Shown: positions 31,801 through 41,920 of the stretch, in pieces
Numbering within the stretch: position 1 is the first letter of the stretch
Layout: the number at the start of each line of letters is the position of its first letter
From: Nitrosopumilus sp.
GTDB taxonomy: Archaea; Thermoproteota; Nitrososphaeria; Nitrososphaerales; Nitrosopumilaceae
Direction of reading: 5' to 3'
Assembly: GCA_965197525.1 (NCBI GenBank)
Contig: OZ240211.1
Coordinates: 1,280,001-1,344,000 of the forward strand
Length of the DNA stretch: 64,000 bases
The notes under the pieces: generated by a model
What the model saw: the letters and a program-made list of their open reading frames with translations, nothing else
Database searches by the model: none
Told to the model about the DNA's origin: nothing
Position numbers and translations under genes: made by a program

Positions 31801-32268
31801 CGGTCCTGCAATTGAGACTGAAAGATAGTTAGTGCTGTCTTTGTTTTGTTTAATTTTAACTTCATGAATACCTTGAAGTGAGGCAATAGTCACGCCTTCG
31901 GTAACAATAGCTAGACCTACGCGTATCGCCAGATCTAATTTTTCTTCCAAAGTCGTATCAGGTGGTGAATGCTTACCCAACGCAATATCTCTTGCAAGGT
32001 ATAGTGCGGCTATCTCCTTTTTGTTGATTTTAAGTAAATCTCGTAGTGGTTGGGCAATATCAATATCGTGCATTTTAGCGACCCGATCTGCTAAATCATA
32101 CACTATCTTGGTTTCTACGATATTTGAAGAATCTGCATTGGTTGATTTTGCTTCTTGAGCAAGTTCAAAGATACGAGTTGTCTCATTTGCAAGTTCGTTG
32201 TAATAGTTATGATAGTAGTCGGGCATTGGAATGTTGGCGGTGCGAAAAGAGTTATTATCTTCAAGCAT
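28891..32268 (-). CDS. polC: DNA polymerase D large subunit DP2
   Basis: AGPMRSAGGT, GGFRLRYGR, RIGRPEK, KRRDADGDADS catalytic motif, C-terminal Zn fingers; no intein-sized insert. Confidence 0.97.
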   Translation of the reverse strand: MLEDNNSFRTANIPMPDYYHNYYNELANETTRIFELAQEAKSTNADSSNIVETKIVYDLADRVAKMHDIDIAQPLRDLLKINKKEIAALYLARDIALGKHSPPDTTLEEKLDLAIRVGLAIVTEGVTIASLQGIHEVKIKQNKDSTNYLSVSIAGPMRSAGGTESAITMIIADYVRKIGQLSKFQANSFDDETGRFIEELRIYEREVSNFQFHILDEDIGHVISNLPVELAGVDTDPFEVVNHKSMTRIKTDRVRGGALRVLNDGLIGRSKKLLKRIELYELDGWEWLNDLKGAVKTGDDQEDAAAKRMREVIVGRSVLSIPNKLGGFRLRYGRACNTGFATVGIHPAVAEILDHVIAVGTQLKIDLPGKGATVAFVDSIDTPTVRLHNGDVIKIKDVKHGIQIKNEINSILHLGDILISFGDFLENNAQLIPSGYVEEFWLEDLKQIIQKNESNTQHLIQFLNRAPTLDEALNISLNFQVPLYPRYLYFWDKISPTELSKLLEPVKMTSTHIIYPISNKKTLENLGTPHKIENDTIVLQGDETKLFFNLLFDKKPLIDNSTVPEILTNASGIPINNKFSTSIGVRIGRPEKAAIRVMQPPTHILFPVGDTGGPTRDLIKSIKQNHFFANISNRHCHKCNQPSLSIRCIVCGTDTSINFKCFNCGAVLDEQFCRKCKRKVSANSHKEFPLKSRLVLAQENMRIRAKSPFKGVKGLISQNKICEPLEKGLARQNFELSIFKDGTTRSDATNAPLTQFKPSWIGTSVDMLKKLGYTHDINNKPLENSDQIVELRLQDVIIPYNTGKYLIKTCKYVDLLLTRFYHKPALYNVGTLEKLIGNLIIGLAPHTSVGVVGRIIGYTETHVCYGTPNWHSAKRRDADGDADSIMLLMDCFLNFSLKFLSDGIGGLMDAPLLVQPNVLPHESQPQAHNLEVIKTLPLEFFQSTFQRIKTSKVKSVEIIESRLGTEKQFYDYFYTHGTSSLTTSKSRSAYSTLGSMHEKLDMQIKNATLIESVNPAEIVANIITTHLVPDIMGNLRAYASQSFRCTKCERSYRRVPLNQRCACGNKLIPTITRGSVEKYLKMAKRLVDKYDVSPYQRGRINALSDEIDLLFGKNQGDQSLLTDYA

Positions 32269-32272
32269 GATA

Positions 32273-33052
32273 CTATGTCTTTGCTCTTTGAATCGCCGTT
32301 GTTATGTCTTGAAGTTTTTCGAGGTTTCCGCCCTTTTCAAGGAACGTGCCAATAACTAGGGCGTCGGCGCCAGCTTTGACTAAATTCTCAGCAGTTTCAA
32401 CGTCCTTGATTCCGCCTCCCACAATTAAAAATCCATTAAATGTATGTCTAACGGTTTTTACCATTTCAGGTGTAACGTTGGTTTTCGCACCAGAGCCAGC
32501 TTCCAAGTATACAAAACGCATACCTAAAAACTGAGCTGCTAGTGCATATGCTGCAGCAATCTTTGGCTTGTCAAATGGAATTCCACGCGCTGATCCAACA
32601 AACCAAGCAGATGTTCCATCACCTATTACCAAATACGCCGTTGGAAGTGGCTCTAACCCAAACTGAGAAACACTTGGTGCTGCTAAAGCTTGTGCTTGTG
32701 TAATAAAATATGGGTTTTCTGAATTCAAAAGCGAGCTAAATAAAATTGCGTCAGCACCGGGTGCAACACCTGTAGTATTGCCCGGAAATAGTATTACAGG
32801 AATGTTAAGATTGTTCTTAATTCCTTTTACTATTTCTGCCATCTCAATTTGGTTAGTTGCAGATGAACCGCCCACTAAAATTGCAGAGGCGCCTATCTTT
32901 TCAACGTCTTGGGCAAGTTTACTTGACACCTCTAAATTTGAAACTTCTGAGTCAATTAATACAAATAATAATGCATTCTTTGTTTTTAATTCTGATTTGA
33001 GATAGGTTTCGGTTTTTCCTTCGGTCATGATATAGGTTTGAAAGTATCTCAT
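32273..33052 (-). CDS. Geranylgeranylglyceryl phosphate synthase
   Basis: ILVGGS, PVILFPG, YLEAGSGA, VGGGI. Confidence 0.93.
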   Translation of the reverse strand: MRYFQTYIMTEGKTETYLKSELKTKNALLFVLIDSEVSNLEVSSKLAQDVEKIGASAILVGGSSATNQIEMAEIVKGIKNNLNIPVILFPGNTTGVAPGADAILFSSLLNSENPYFITQAQALAAPSVSQFGLEPLPTAYLVIGDGTSAWFVGSARGIPFDKPKIAAAYALAAQFLGMRFVYLEAGSGAKTNVTPEMVKTVRHTFNGFLIVGGGIKDVETAENLVKAGADALVIGTFLEKGGNLEKLQDITTAIQRAKT

Positions 33053-33062
33053 TAAAGTTTAA

Positions 33063-33455
33063 TTGGAATATAATATACAGATCTGTATAGCTATGGACAA
33101 GTTAGAAAAATCTAATTTTAATAATATTATACGTAAAATTATCAAAAAATCATTGTTTACAGAGAGACAAATTGAAATTATTTTAAATCAACGAGGTCTT
33201 CTCCAATCGGACTTTTTCATTACTAAGGGTGCGTATTATAGGCAAGTTAGGCAGTCAAAAGACAAACTTATGAGTCTGTTCTATACTATTGTGCTTTTTC
33301 GGGGTTTGGGCATACTTTTACCAGATGATATTGATGTGATATCAAAACTCTCTGAACAGGTAGATGTGATTAATCAGAGTGATATTGATCCTACTAAAGA
33401 AGATGATGTGATTAATTTGATTGATAGGCTCATTAATCAAGCGTGTAATCTATAA
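33063..33455 (+). CDS. Hypothetical HTH-like protein
   Basis: SLFTERQIEII...ITKGAYYRQVRQ, a sigma-region-4-like HTH pattern. Confidence 0.6.
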   Translation: MEYNIQICIAMDKLEKSNFNNIIRKIIKKSLFTERQIEIILNQRGLLQSDFFITKGAYYRQVRQSKDKLMSLFYTIVLFRGLGILLPDDIDVISKLSEQVDVINQSDIDPTKEDDVINLIDRLINQACNL

Positions 33456-33573
33456 TCGCTGTGATTGTGGTGTAATATTATAAAATTTATTGTGATATAT
33501 GGGTGAGTTTCTTAAGCTAAGTGTAAAATAATGTTGCTTAGTTACAATAAATCACGATAGATCTGTAAAAATA

Positions 33574-34185
33574 GTGATGTTAGTAGAGATTCCAGACACC
33601 GTTGTGATTATAGGTGTGATTATAGCATTTGTTGTGGGCGTGGTTGGTGTGTATGCTTATCATAGAATATCGCAGGCAACAAAGCCAAACAGTGATGTTT
33701 TGGATGCAGGCCAGAATGGGAGGCTGGAGTATTATGAAAGGCAGTTAATAGATATAAAAATACGCCTAGATGCCATGGAAATGCAGGATACAGAGCATGA
33801 GGCGGCGGATAAGGATGTGAATTTGAGGCATTTTATAGAAGAATTAGTAAAAAACAAAGAGTTGGAGGATGGTGGCGATAAAACAGGTAGTGCCAAAACG
33901 GAGCCTAAAAAAATAGTTGCTGAACCTAATATCGAACGGCTAAATACAATGGATTATGTGTTGCATTTAATCACACAACATGATATGACATCACGTGATA
34001 TAAAAATCACGTTAAATAAGAGTAGAGAGCATACTGCAAGGTTGATGAAGGAGTTGTTTGAGGAAGGTTATGTAGAACGTCGTGCAGGAACCAAACCGTT
34101 TGTCTATTCAATCACGGAAAAGGGTAAAGAAAGAGTAAAGCAGCAAAGAAAAATTAATTCATCAACAGCACAGAAAGATGTATGA
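33574..34185 (+). CDS. Membrane-anchored MarR-like winged-helix protein
   Basis: N-terminal TM, coiled coil, C-terminal MTSRDIKITLNKSREHTARLMKELFEEGYVER..YSITEKG. Confidence 0.8.
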   Translation: MMLVEIPDTVVIIGVIIAFVVGVVGVYAYHRISQATKPNSDVLDAGQNGRLEYYERQLIDIKIRLDAMEMQDTEHEAADKDVNLRHFIEELVKNKELEDGGDKTGSAKTEPKKIVAEPNIERLNTMDYVLHLITQHDMTSRDIKITLNKSREHTARLMKELFEEGYVERRAGTKPFVYSITEKGKERVKQQRKINSSTAQKDV

Positions 34186-35028
34186 GTAATCTTCCTGCTT
34201 TAACCGGATATATACTACCAACATGTTTGGATAAAGAAAACATTGTCGAATAAATTTGTAAGAGTTGTGTGGAGATATAATAAATGTGTGTTTGTTCTTT
34301 GTAAGTAATAGAATTATGCTTAATTGTTCATGAATTTAAAGTTATAATTGGAGCATTGTGTGTTTGATAAATTCTATTTAATAATATAAGGATATAATTT
34401 TGAGATATGGCAGTTTTGAATAATATGTAGTTATTAATTATTTGGTGAGTATTAAGCGATTATGTGGATGTAATTAATAAAAAATTTGTTTGTGTGTAAT
34501 TGTATAAAATTGAAGTTGTTGGAAACTGGTTCCTATAAGATATGTAGTTTTAGATATCAAAAAATATAGATGTCTTTTCTTTGTTTGCTCATTGATCTAA
34601 GAGGTCCTATAACTAGTTGAAGGCGTGTGTTTTTGATGGTTTGTCTGTCATAAAAAATCAATGGTGATATATCTAGTGATGGTTTTTGTGGTTGGTAGAA
34701 TGGTGTAGTTTATTATAATAATTTTAGTGCTGTACAATGTCTTGCATCCAGCACATGAACTTGCCGCATCCGCCGATGCGGTTTTGGTACGTGTTTACGT
34801 CGTGCCTAGAAAAATAATCAATGCCGCCAAAGCATGCTAAATTTGTGCCTAAATCGGAGGATTTTCCCAAACTGCGTGAACAGATACCAAAAATAATCTT
34901 GGAGGGTTTGCAACAGACTGCCTGAAGGCGTCCAGATCAGACGGCATGATACTGTCCTTATGAAAACCTCAGGAACTCTGATGACTTCGTGGAGGTTAAA
35001 TGTAATGTAAATCTAGCCAACACAACAC

Positions 35029-35691
35029 ATGATCCCTGAAATTCATGATGCCAACCCAAAGACATGGCTAACTCCGTTCCGCAGCAACAGTATATTTTAC
35101 ATCTTCAAGATGGGTCTGTTCTACCATGGATTGGGCCTGCTTTTGTGGTATGCGGGATCTTTTTTTGCCACAAGCGCCATTCCAGGCTACGAGGCACCCC
35201 ATTTTCCAGTGTCCGTATCCCTTGCGCTAAGCTCTGGGTTGCTGGAAGAGGCGGTGTTTTTTGGAATTCCATACTACATGCTGGCCGGCAACCCACTTCT
35301 GCTTCTAGGTTCAGGGGCAATCTGGTCGGTGTTGCACCTGTACGGTTCCGGAGCACTCTCAATTGAATCGCTGTCCTACGGCGGATTCTTTTTTGCAGTT
35401 CCGCATGTGTTTTTCAGCATAAGAACGTGGATAAGCCGCAAGGGGTGGTTTGCAATTTTGTTTCACTCCGCATGGAACACCGCGTTTCTGATGTCCTACT
35501 GTGCGTGGGGATTTCGCCAGTGCGGCGCGTTTAACAGCGTGATGGATGTCGCAAACGTGGTTGTGGCGGTGTCGGTAGGTGTCATCCTGTATATTACACA
35601 CAAAAATAAAGAGAGGAGAATCAACAGGTTTTTCTATCTTGTGCCTGTAGTAGTTATAATAGCCACCATAGCATATACATTTTCGATATAA
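35029..35691 (+). CDS. CPBP-family (CAAX-like) intramembrane glutamic protease
   Basis: GLLEEAVF (EE motif), WSVLH, HSAWN, multiple TM segments. Confidence 0.8.
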   Translation: MIPEIHDANPKTWLTPFRSNSIFYIFKMGLFYHGLGLLLWYAGSFFATSAIPGYEAPHFPVSVSLALSSGLLEEAVFFGIPYYMLAGNPLLLLGSGAIWSVLHLYGSGALSIESLSYGGFFFAVPHVFFSIRTWISRKGWFAILFHSAWNTAFLMSYCAWGFRQCGAFNSVMDVANVVVAVSVGVILYITHKNKERRINRFFYLVPVVVIIATIAYTFSI

Positions 35692-35692
35692 G

Positions 35693-36364
<672 letters not shown>

Positions 36365-36419
36365 ACTACACGTATTTGATAATAATGAATATATTTATTT
36401 TTATAGATATATTAGTTGT

Positions 36420-37580
36420 ATGAGATGTGTTGTCCTTGTAATGTTTGTTTGTATGTCAATGAGCGTGCCATTTGCAACTGCAGCACAGCTTAATGCTGTA
36501 GTGCTGGCGGACGGGGACGTGATAAGACCGTCATTTCAATTTTTAAAGATAGTATATATCCAGTATCCTGACGGCGGAGAGATCTCAGAAATGCTGCAAG
36601 ATGTAGAGCGCGCCCTATCGTTTACAACGGATAGTAGTTTGGATGCAGATAGTAGGGTTGTAGAGCAGATAAACCAGAATCTAAAGAATGTGTCAAGCAA
36701 CGCAGTTGCCACCGGCGTAGCAATCAGCTACCAAAGCACGCTGCATGGAAATGAGAAATATGCGGTAATAGAGTACAAGATAAACGTAGAGCCTGTCATT
36801 ACGGATTACGTTGTTGCAAGATCCTTTGAAAAAAGCACAGTTGATGCGAACTGGCGTGGAATTTCAATTGATGGGCCGGTCATCATTCAGACGGCCTACG
36901 GGCCGTTTAATGTGAACAGCCCAAAAGCGGCCCTTGATGTGATGGTGCCCGAAGTTTCAGAGAGGCTCGGGAATGTGGCGATGTTGGAACTGCCCATAAT
37001 TGATGCCGGTGGAATATTGGAACTGCCGTTGAAGGAGTGGCATTCGCTGTTTGATAATACGGCAATAATTTCAGATGCTAAAGCATACAACTATACTGGA
37101 AAGTATGTTGTCACGCATTACACAATGGGTACATGCGACATATTCCGCGGACTGTGTGGTGCGGACAACCAGGATGTTGTTGAGGAGGTCAGTCTTGATA
37201 AGACATACACCATAAAGACGGTCAGGTCAGATGATGATGCAAGTATTGCATTTGAGGGGTATGTAAATACTGCAAGGGATGCGCGGGGTCAGGAGGTATT
37301 TCACACAAGCTTAAGATCACTTGTCGAGCAGGAACCTGATACCGGCGAATTTCCTGCAATCATAATGTACGGAATGGCTGGAATGGCTGTTGTTGGAGGA
37401 GTGCTGTTGTTTGCAATAAGCAGTCGAAAACTAAAAAACGACAGTCTTAACGGTGGCCAGACAGGGATTGACCCGACACATCTTGCGTCGTGTGAGAGCA
37501 ACAGTTCTGCTGCAAGCTACAAGACAAACAGGGGGGAATCCCATCTGATAACGTACAGGGGATCAAAGATGCCGATCTAA
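36420..37580 (+). CDS. Hypothetical exported protein with C-terminal TM anchor
   Basis: Signal peptide MRCVVLVMFVCMSMSVPFATA; TM AIIMYGMAGMAVVGGVLLFAI near the C-terminus. Confidence 0.75.
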   Translation: MRCVVLVMFVCMSMSVPFATAAQLNAVVLADGDVIRPSFQFLKIVYIQYPDGGEISEMLQDVERALSFTTDSSLDADSRVVEQINQNLKNVSSNAVATGVAISYQSTLHGNEKYAVIEYKINVEPVITDYVVARSFEKSTVDANWRGISIDGPVIIQTAYGPFNVNSPKAALDVMVPEVSERLGNVAMLELPIIDAGGILELPLKEWHSLFDNTAIISDAKAYNYTGKYVVTHYTMGTCDIFRGLCGADNQDVVEEVSLDKTYTIKTVRSDDDASIAFEGYVNTARDARGQEVFHTSLRSLVEQEPDTGEFPAIIMYGMAGMAVVGGVLLFAISSRKLKNDSLNGGQTGIDPTHLASCESNSSAASYKTNRGESHLITYRGSKMPI

Positions 37581-37765
37581 GGAACTGCTGATTGGTAGAA
37601 CGTGTTTGTATAAGACGGTAGAGCTTTTTAAAATGTGTGCGGTGCTCGTCAAGACGGTGTTTTTCTAAAGACGATATGTAATGGTTTGAAAACACCGTTG
37701 GTTTTAAGATCCTGTTAGACTCGCGTCAGACTAGGCGATCCGATAGAATGAGGTGTGGGGATTAT

Positions 37766-38167
37766 TTAGGATGGTTTGTGTTGTTGGTGTTTTGGTTCTA
37801 ATGGTATGGTTTGATACATCCATTCACGGCCTGCTCTAGCTCTACGTGTTCTGCCTTTGGTTGAAAATCGTGACAAATAAGTCGATATTACGCTTAGTTT
37901 TACAGGTTCGTTGTACTCGTCTTCATATTTTTCTAAAATATTAGTAGAGGTAAATTTGCCTAATGGATAGAATTTGTCAACAATATGCCATATTTTAGCA
38001 CCAAGAGAGTCTAAATTTGTAAATTCTTGAGGGTTCTCAATATCTACTAAATCCATCACTTCAAATAATTTTAGAACCTTATCCCGAGTAACATTTCCAT
38101 TTAATTTAATATCATAACTGGCACCAGTTGAGTCTTCAATATTTATTCTAATTTGTTTTTTGGTCAT
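37766..38167 (-). CDS. Hypothetical origin-adjacent protein, possible winged helix
   Basis: 133 aa, divergent from cdc6; SVISTYLSRF..GR..R..AGREWMY resembles a wHTH. Confidence 0.7.
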   Translation of the reverse strand: MTKKQIRINIEDSTGASYDIKLNGNVTRDKVLKLFEVMDLVDIENPQEFTNLDSLGAKIWHIVDKFYPLGKFTSTNILEKYEDEYNEPVKLSVISTYLSRFSTKGRTRRARAGREWMYQTIPLEPKHQQHKPS

Positions 38168-38321
38168 TATTAGGATTTATACTAGCAAACATTAACAATT
38201 CAAAGCTTCATAAAATATTTGTTAACTAATTGAATTGTTAAGTTTGACTGTATGGGTTGTGCGTAGGTAGTTTTTTAATATTAACAATAATTTTATTAAA
38301 ATAAAGGAGTTTTATGGGTGG

Positions 38322-38500
38322 TTATGCCTAGAGTGGAAATGAAGGGGTTGAAATGGTATGGTTAACAGTGTTAATAATGGTTTTTATGCCTAGAGTGGAA
38401 ATGAAGGGGTTGAAATGTGGTTTTTCTTCAATATCTTAACAAGATAATAACAATTTGTTAATGAATTGGTGTTGGAACCCACACACCAGTATTTCCACTC
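38322..38500. other. Replication origin with ORB elements
   Basis: Two identical 34-bp copies of TTATGCCTAGAGTGGAAATGAAGGGGTTGAAATG (38322-38355, 38384-38417) and an inverted core ATTTCCACTC (38491-38500), in an AT-rich region directly upstream of cdc6. Confidence 0.85.
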
Positions 38501-38647
38501 TTATTTTCTTTATTTTTTTTGAGAAAATTAATTTATATAAAAATAATTAATTACAAACTAAATTACAATTGTTACTTTACTCTTTACTTTATTATTTCAA
38601 CTATAATATACTAATAATGAAATCTAATGGAAATATAGGTGTGTGGG

Positions 38648-39850
38648 ATGTCTGACCCAATAGATAGGTTACTTGATGCAGCTGAATCTGGGAAACTAAT
38701 TATAAAAAATCGTGAAACCCTTCAATTTACATACATACCAACAACAATCTTACATAGGGATACGGAACAAGAAAAAATAACACAATCCCTCTTACCAATT
38801 TTAAAACAATCACGACCATCAAACCTTCTTGTATATGGTAAACCTGGAACTGGAAAAACTTTAGTGGTAAAAAAAATCCTTTTTAAAATTCAAGAACGGG
38901 TAGAAAAATCCAAGTTCCCAATTAAACTCATCTATTCTAATTCAAAAGACGAAACAACATTATATGGATTATTAGTTAGTATAGGTCGGCAACTTGATTT
39001 AAACGAAAAAACCTTACCATCAACAGGTCTAGCAACAAGTGAAGTCTTTAAGAGACTGCTAAATAGAATAACTGCTGATAACCTTAATGTGATTTTAGTA
39101 ATTGATGAAATTGATTATCTTACACAACTAGTAATTAAAACTGGCAGAGATATTTTATATCAACTTACACGCGCAAATGAGAGATTGCAACAGGGCTCGC
39201 TAACAATAGTTGGTATTTCAAACGATTTAACATTTAAAGAAAAATTAGATCCAAGAGTAATTAGTAGTTTAGGCGAGGAAGAGATTGTATTTACAAACTA
39301 TAATGTAGAACAGATTAGAAAAATTCTTGAAGAAAGAGTTAATGAATCTTTTATAGAGAACGCAGTTGATGATGCAGCTTTAAACCTCTGTGCTGCTCTT
39401 GCAGGAGCAGAACACGGTGACGCACGCAGAGCAATTGACCTAATCCGTGTAGCCGGAGAGATCGCAGAACGCCAACAATCAAACCACGTTACAGCCATCC
39501 ACATACGAGAAGCAACTCAAAAAATAGAAGAAAACAAAGAAGAGATCACGTTACGATCGTATACCCTACAAGAAAAACTAGTTCTTCTCGCTATTATGAA
39601 AGCAAACGGATCATCTACTGGTGAGGTTTACATTTCTTACAAAAACCTCTGTAAAACAGTCAATCAAGACGCATTAACCCAGAGACGCGTTACACAAATA
39701 CTCAATGAAATTGAATTATCTGGGCTGATCACCGGACGAGTCGTTCATCAGGGCATCCATGGAAGAACAAAGAAATACAAATCCACAATCTCTTCTGAAA
39801 TAATTAAAAAAACATTTCATGACGATTTAGTTTTACAAGACATTATCTGA
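38648..39850 (+). CDS. cdc6: Orc1/Cdc6 replication initiator
   Basis: YGKPGTGKT Walker A, VIDEID Walker B, GDARRAIDL, C-terminal wHTH. Confidence 0.97.
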   Translation: MSDPIDRLLDAAESGKLIIKNRETLQFTYIPTTILHRDTEQEKITQSLLPILKQSRPSNLLVYGKPGTGKTLVVKKILFKIQERVEKSKFPIKLIYSNSKDETTLYGLLVSIGRQLDLNEKTLPSTGLATSEVFKRLLNRITADNLNVILVIDEIDYLTQLVIKTGRDILYQLTRANERLQQGSLTIVGISNDLTFKEKLDPRVISSLGEEEIVFTNYNVEQIRKILEERVNESFIENAVDDAALNLCAALAGAEHGDARRAIDLIRVAGEIAERQQSNHVTAIHIREATQKIEENKEEITLRSYTLQEKLVLLAIMKANGSSTGEVYISYKNLCKTVNQDALTQRRVTQILNEIELSGLITGRVVHQGIHGRTKKYKSTISSEIIKKTFHDDLVLQDII

Positions 39851-41284
39851 TGTCATATTGTAATTTTGATAGACAGGTTTGCCAGTTTTCAAATTCACCA
39901 TAATTGCAATACCCGGATTTGGAATCATTCCAACACTTGCTTGGAAAGGCGTTTGTTTTTGCCACGAACCTGAATTTATTAATAAAACCCCCCTGTAATT
40001 TGCTATTTGTGCTCTATGAACGTGACCTACATGAAAAATATCTGGAACGTCTTCAATTACCAATAAATCCTCACTTTCAGGCGCAGTTGGTGTTCGACTA
40101 CCATAAATCGGGTTGAGATGTCTTGCTTTTAGCAGATGTTTCATTACATCGGCTGGTTTGTCATAACTTAACCCCGGGGTTGTCTTTACAATGTCATCAA
40201 TACTCTGACCGTGAAACATTGTTACTTTAACACCATTCAAGGAGACAACTGCAGGATTACCTACCATAAAGACATTATCCCGTTCCCACAAACCAGAGTT
40301 GTATTTTTTTGGTATGGCAGGCTGTGGTAGCGCTCGTCTTCCAGGATCGTGATTTCCAGGCATTATAACAATCTGTATGTTTCTAGGAACCTTGTTGATT
40401 AACTCCTCTGCTTTTTGTAACTGTTGTTCTATTGTTTGACAGACCAGCTCCTTATCTTGGTTAGGATATATCCCAACCCCATCTACTAAATCTCCTGCTA
40501 TTAGGATAAAGCGAACTTTTCTTGCAATTGGATCTGGACTAGACATCCACAAAACAAATCGTAGGAACTCCTCCTCCATAAAATACTTACTTCCTATATG
40601 TAAATCAGAAAGAAACACCGCATATACCTCCGACCCCGATCTGTTCTTCTCCTCTTGTGGTACGTCTGGAAAGATTATATCATTAATAACAAAAGCTAGT
40701 TTTTTACCCAACGTTGTTTTTATTATTACAAACTGATCAACTAAGAGCGTACCTGCAACCTTTTGCAACTCTGAATCAAAGACGACGCCTTCAAACACGC
40801 CTGTTGAATCCTCTATCTCCACCTTTGTAACACTTCTTTCGGCCTCTCTCTTATTAACAAGCCCACATACATACATACTATCATTCGACTTTGTACTTTT
40901 TACTGATGCAATTGTTTTAATCATCTTAGATTCCGGTCTCTCCAACACAATTTGCCTTAGTTTATGAAAACGGTTAGCAAACAACGCATTATATCCATCA
41001 ACCCCTTCTCCAGTAGCTATCTTATTAGTGGGTTCTGATACCACCCTCACTTCATTTTCTAATGTTAGATCTTCTTTTATCCCAAGATACGTCTCTAAGT
41101 CATCTTGATCAATTTGAAATATTTTCTGCTTGGTCTTTTTCATCACTAAATCTTTTATGATCTTCTCTGACGCTTTTATCTCTAAACTTCCTAACAACTC
41201 TAAAGCCCTTGGATTAATTTGAACACCTTTCTTTAACGCATAGTTTAGTACAGGGATCATCTCTTTTTTCATACTCATAAACAC
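39833..41284 (-). CDS. polB: DNA polymerase D small subunit DP1
   Basis: FLSDLHIGS, AGDLVDGVGIYP, PGNHD, FHGQS, HVGHVH phosphoesterase motifs. Confidence 0.95.
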   Translation of the reverse strand: MFMSMKKEMIPVLNYALKKGVQINPRALELLGSLEIKASEKIIKDLVMKKTKQKIFQIDQDDLETYLGIKEDLTLENEVRVVSEPTNKIATGEGVDGYNALFANRFHKLRQIVLERPESKMIKTIASVKSTKSNDSMYVCGLVNKREAERSVTKVEIEDSTGVFEGVVFDSELQKVAGTLLVDQFVIIKTTLGKKLAFVINDIIFPDVPQEEKNRSGSEVYAVFLSDLHIGSKYFMEEEFLRFVLWMSSPDPIARKVRFILIAGDLVDGVGIYPNQDKELVCQTIEQQLQKAEELINKVPRNIQIVIMPGNHDPGRRALPQPAIPKKYNSGLWERDNVFMVGNPAVVSLNGVKVTMFHGQSIDDIVKTTPGLSYDKPADVMKHLLKARHLNPIYGSRTPTAPESEDLLVIEDVPDIFHVGHVHRAQIANYRGVLLINSGSWQKQTPFQASVGMIPNPGIAIMVNLKTGKPVYQNYNMTSDNVL

Positions 41285-41325
41285 GGTTTGGTTTAATTAA
41301 ATCTGCTTACAACAACTCTCAAATA

Positions 41326-41871
41326 TTGTCAAATATCAACTGCAATGTGAATAAATCAAGAATAATAATATTTTTTATATTTATGTGGCTATTTGCAGCA
41401 ATCTTTCAACTCGGATCCATGTCCTCCGTTAGCGACGAAGACGCAATGATCTTTATGGAAGAATTCGAAGAGCTCGTTCTTAACATTGATGCATTTGGAA
41501 TATTTTTACATAATACAACTATTGCACTACCAATGTTTATTCCCGGAGCTGGCGTTGCTTGGGGTCTTTTTTCTGCTTGGTCCACAGGATTTGCTTTTGC
41601 AGCAATTGTTACTACAACGCCTGAACTGTCACACATTCAACCACTAACAATTATCTTCTTATCACCGTTCGGATTAATGGAGATCGTTTCATACTCTTTG
41701 GGCATTTCTAGAAGTTTTATCTTAATTAGGGCGATTGGTAAAAAAATGGATTTAATACCTTTCATCAAGCCAACATTGATTGAAATCGGGATTGTTGTAG
41801 GTCTTCTCTTAGCTGGCGGGTATCTAGAATTTTACATGTTAGAACTAGCTCGAGACGCCACACCAATCTAA
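41326..41871 (+). CDS. SpoIIM-family membrane protein
   Basis: IFLHNTTIAL, PFGLMEI, LAGGYLEF. Confidence 0.8.
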   Translation: MSNINCNVNKSRIIIFFIFMWLFAAIFQLGSMSSVSDEDAMIFMEEFEELVLNIDAFGIFLHNTTIALPMFIPGAGVAWGLFSAWSTGFAFAAIVTTTPELSHIQPLTIIFLSPFGLMEIVSYSLGISRSFILIRAIGKKMDLIPFIKPTLIEIGIVVGLLLAGGYLEFYMLELARDATPI

Positions 41872-41920
41872 TTAACTAAATATTCCATCTATTGGCCGAT
41901 CAAGTATAACCTTTATGCAG

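Noticed and set aside
28891-32268. Intein in DP2 or Cdc6
   Set aside because: Lengths (1125 aa and about 400 aa) and continuous motifs leave no room; no intein splice motifs seen.
34715-35020. Possible IS end (TAGTGCTGTACAA) and short ORF fragments at the start of the high-GC block
   Set aside because: No matching inverted copy found and no transposase motif in any frame I translated.
37654-37698. 10-bp inverted repeat ACGGTGTTTT/AAAACACCGT
   Set aside because: No flanking duplication; lies between convergent genes, so it is more simply a terminator-like hairpin.
38322-38417. Two identical 34-bp repeats with a 28-bp spacer resembling a mini-CRISPR array
   Set aside because: Only two units, they contain the ORB consensus, they sit upstream of cdc6, and there are no cas genes nearby.
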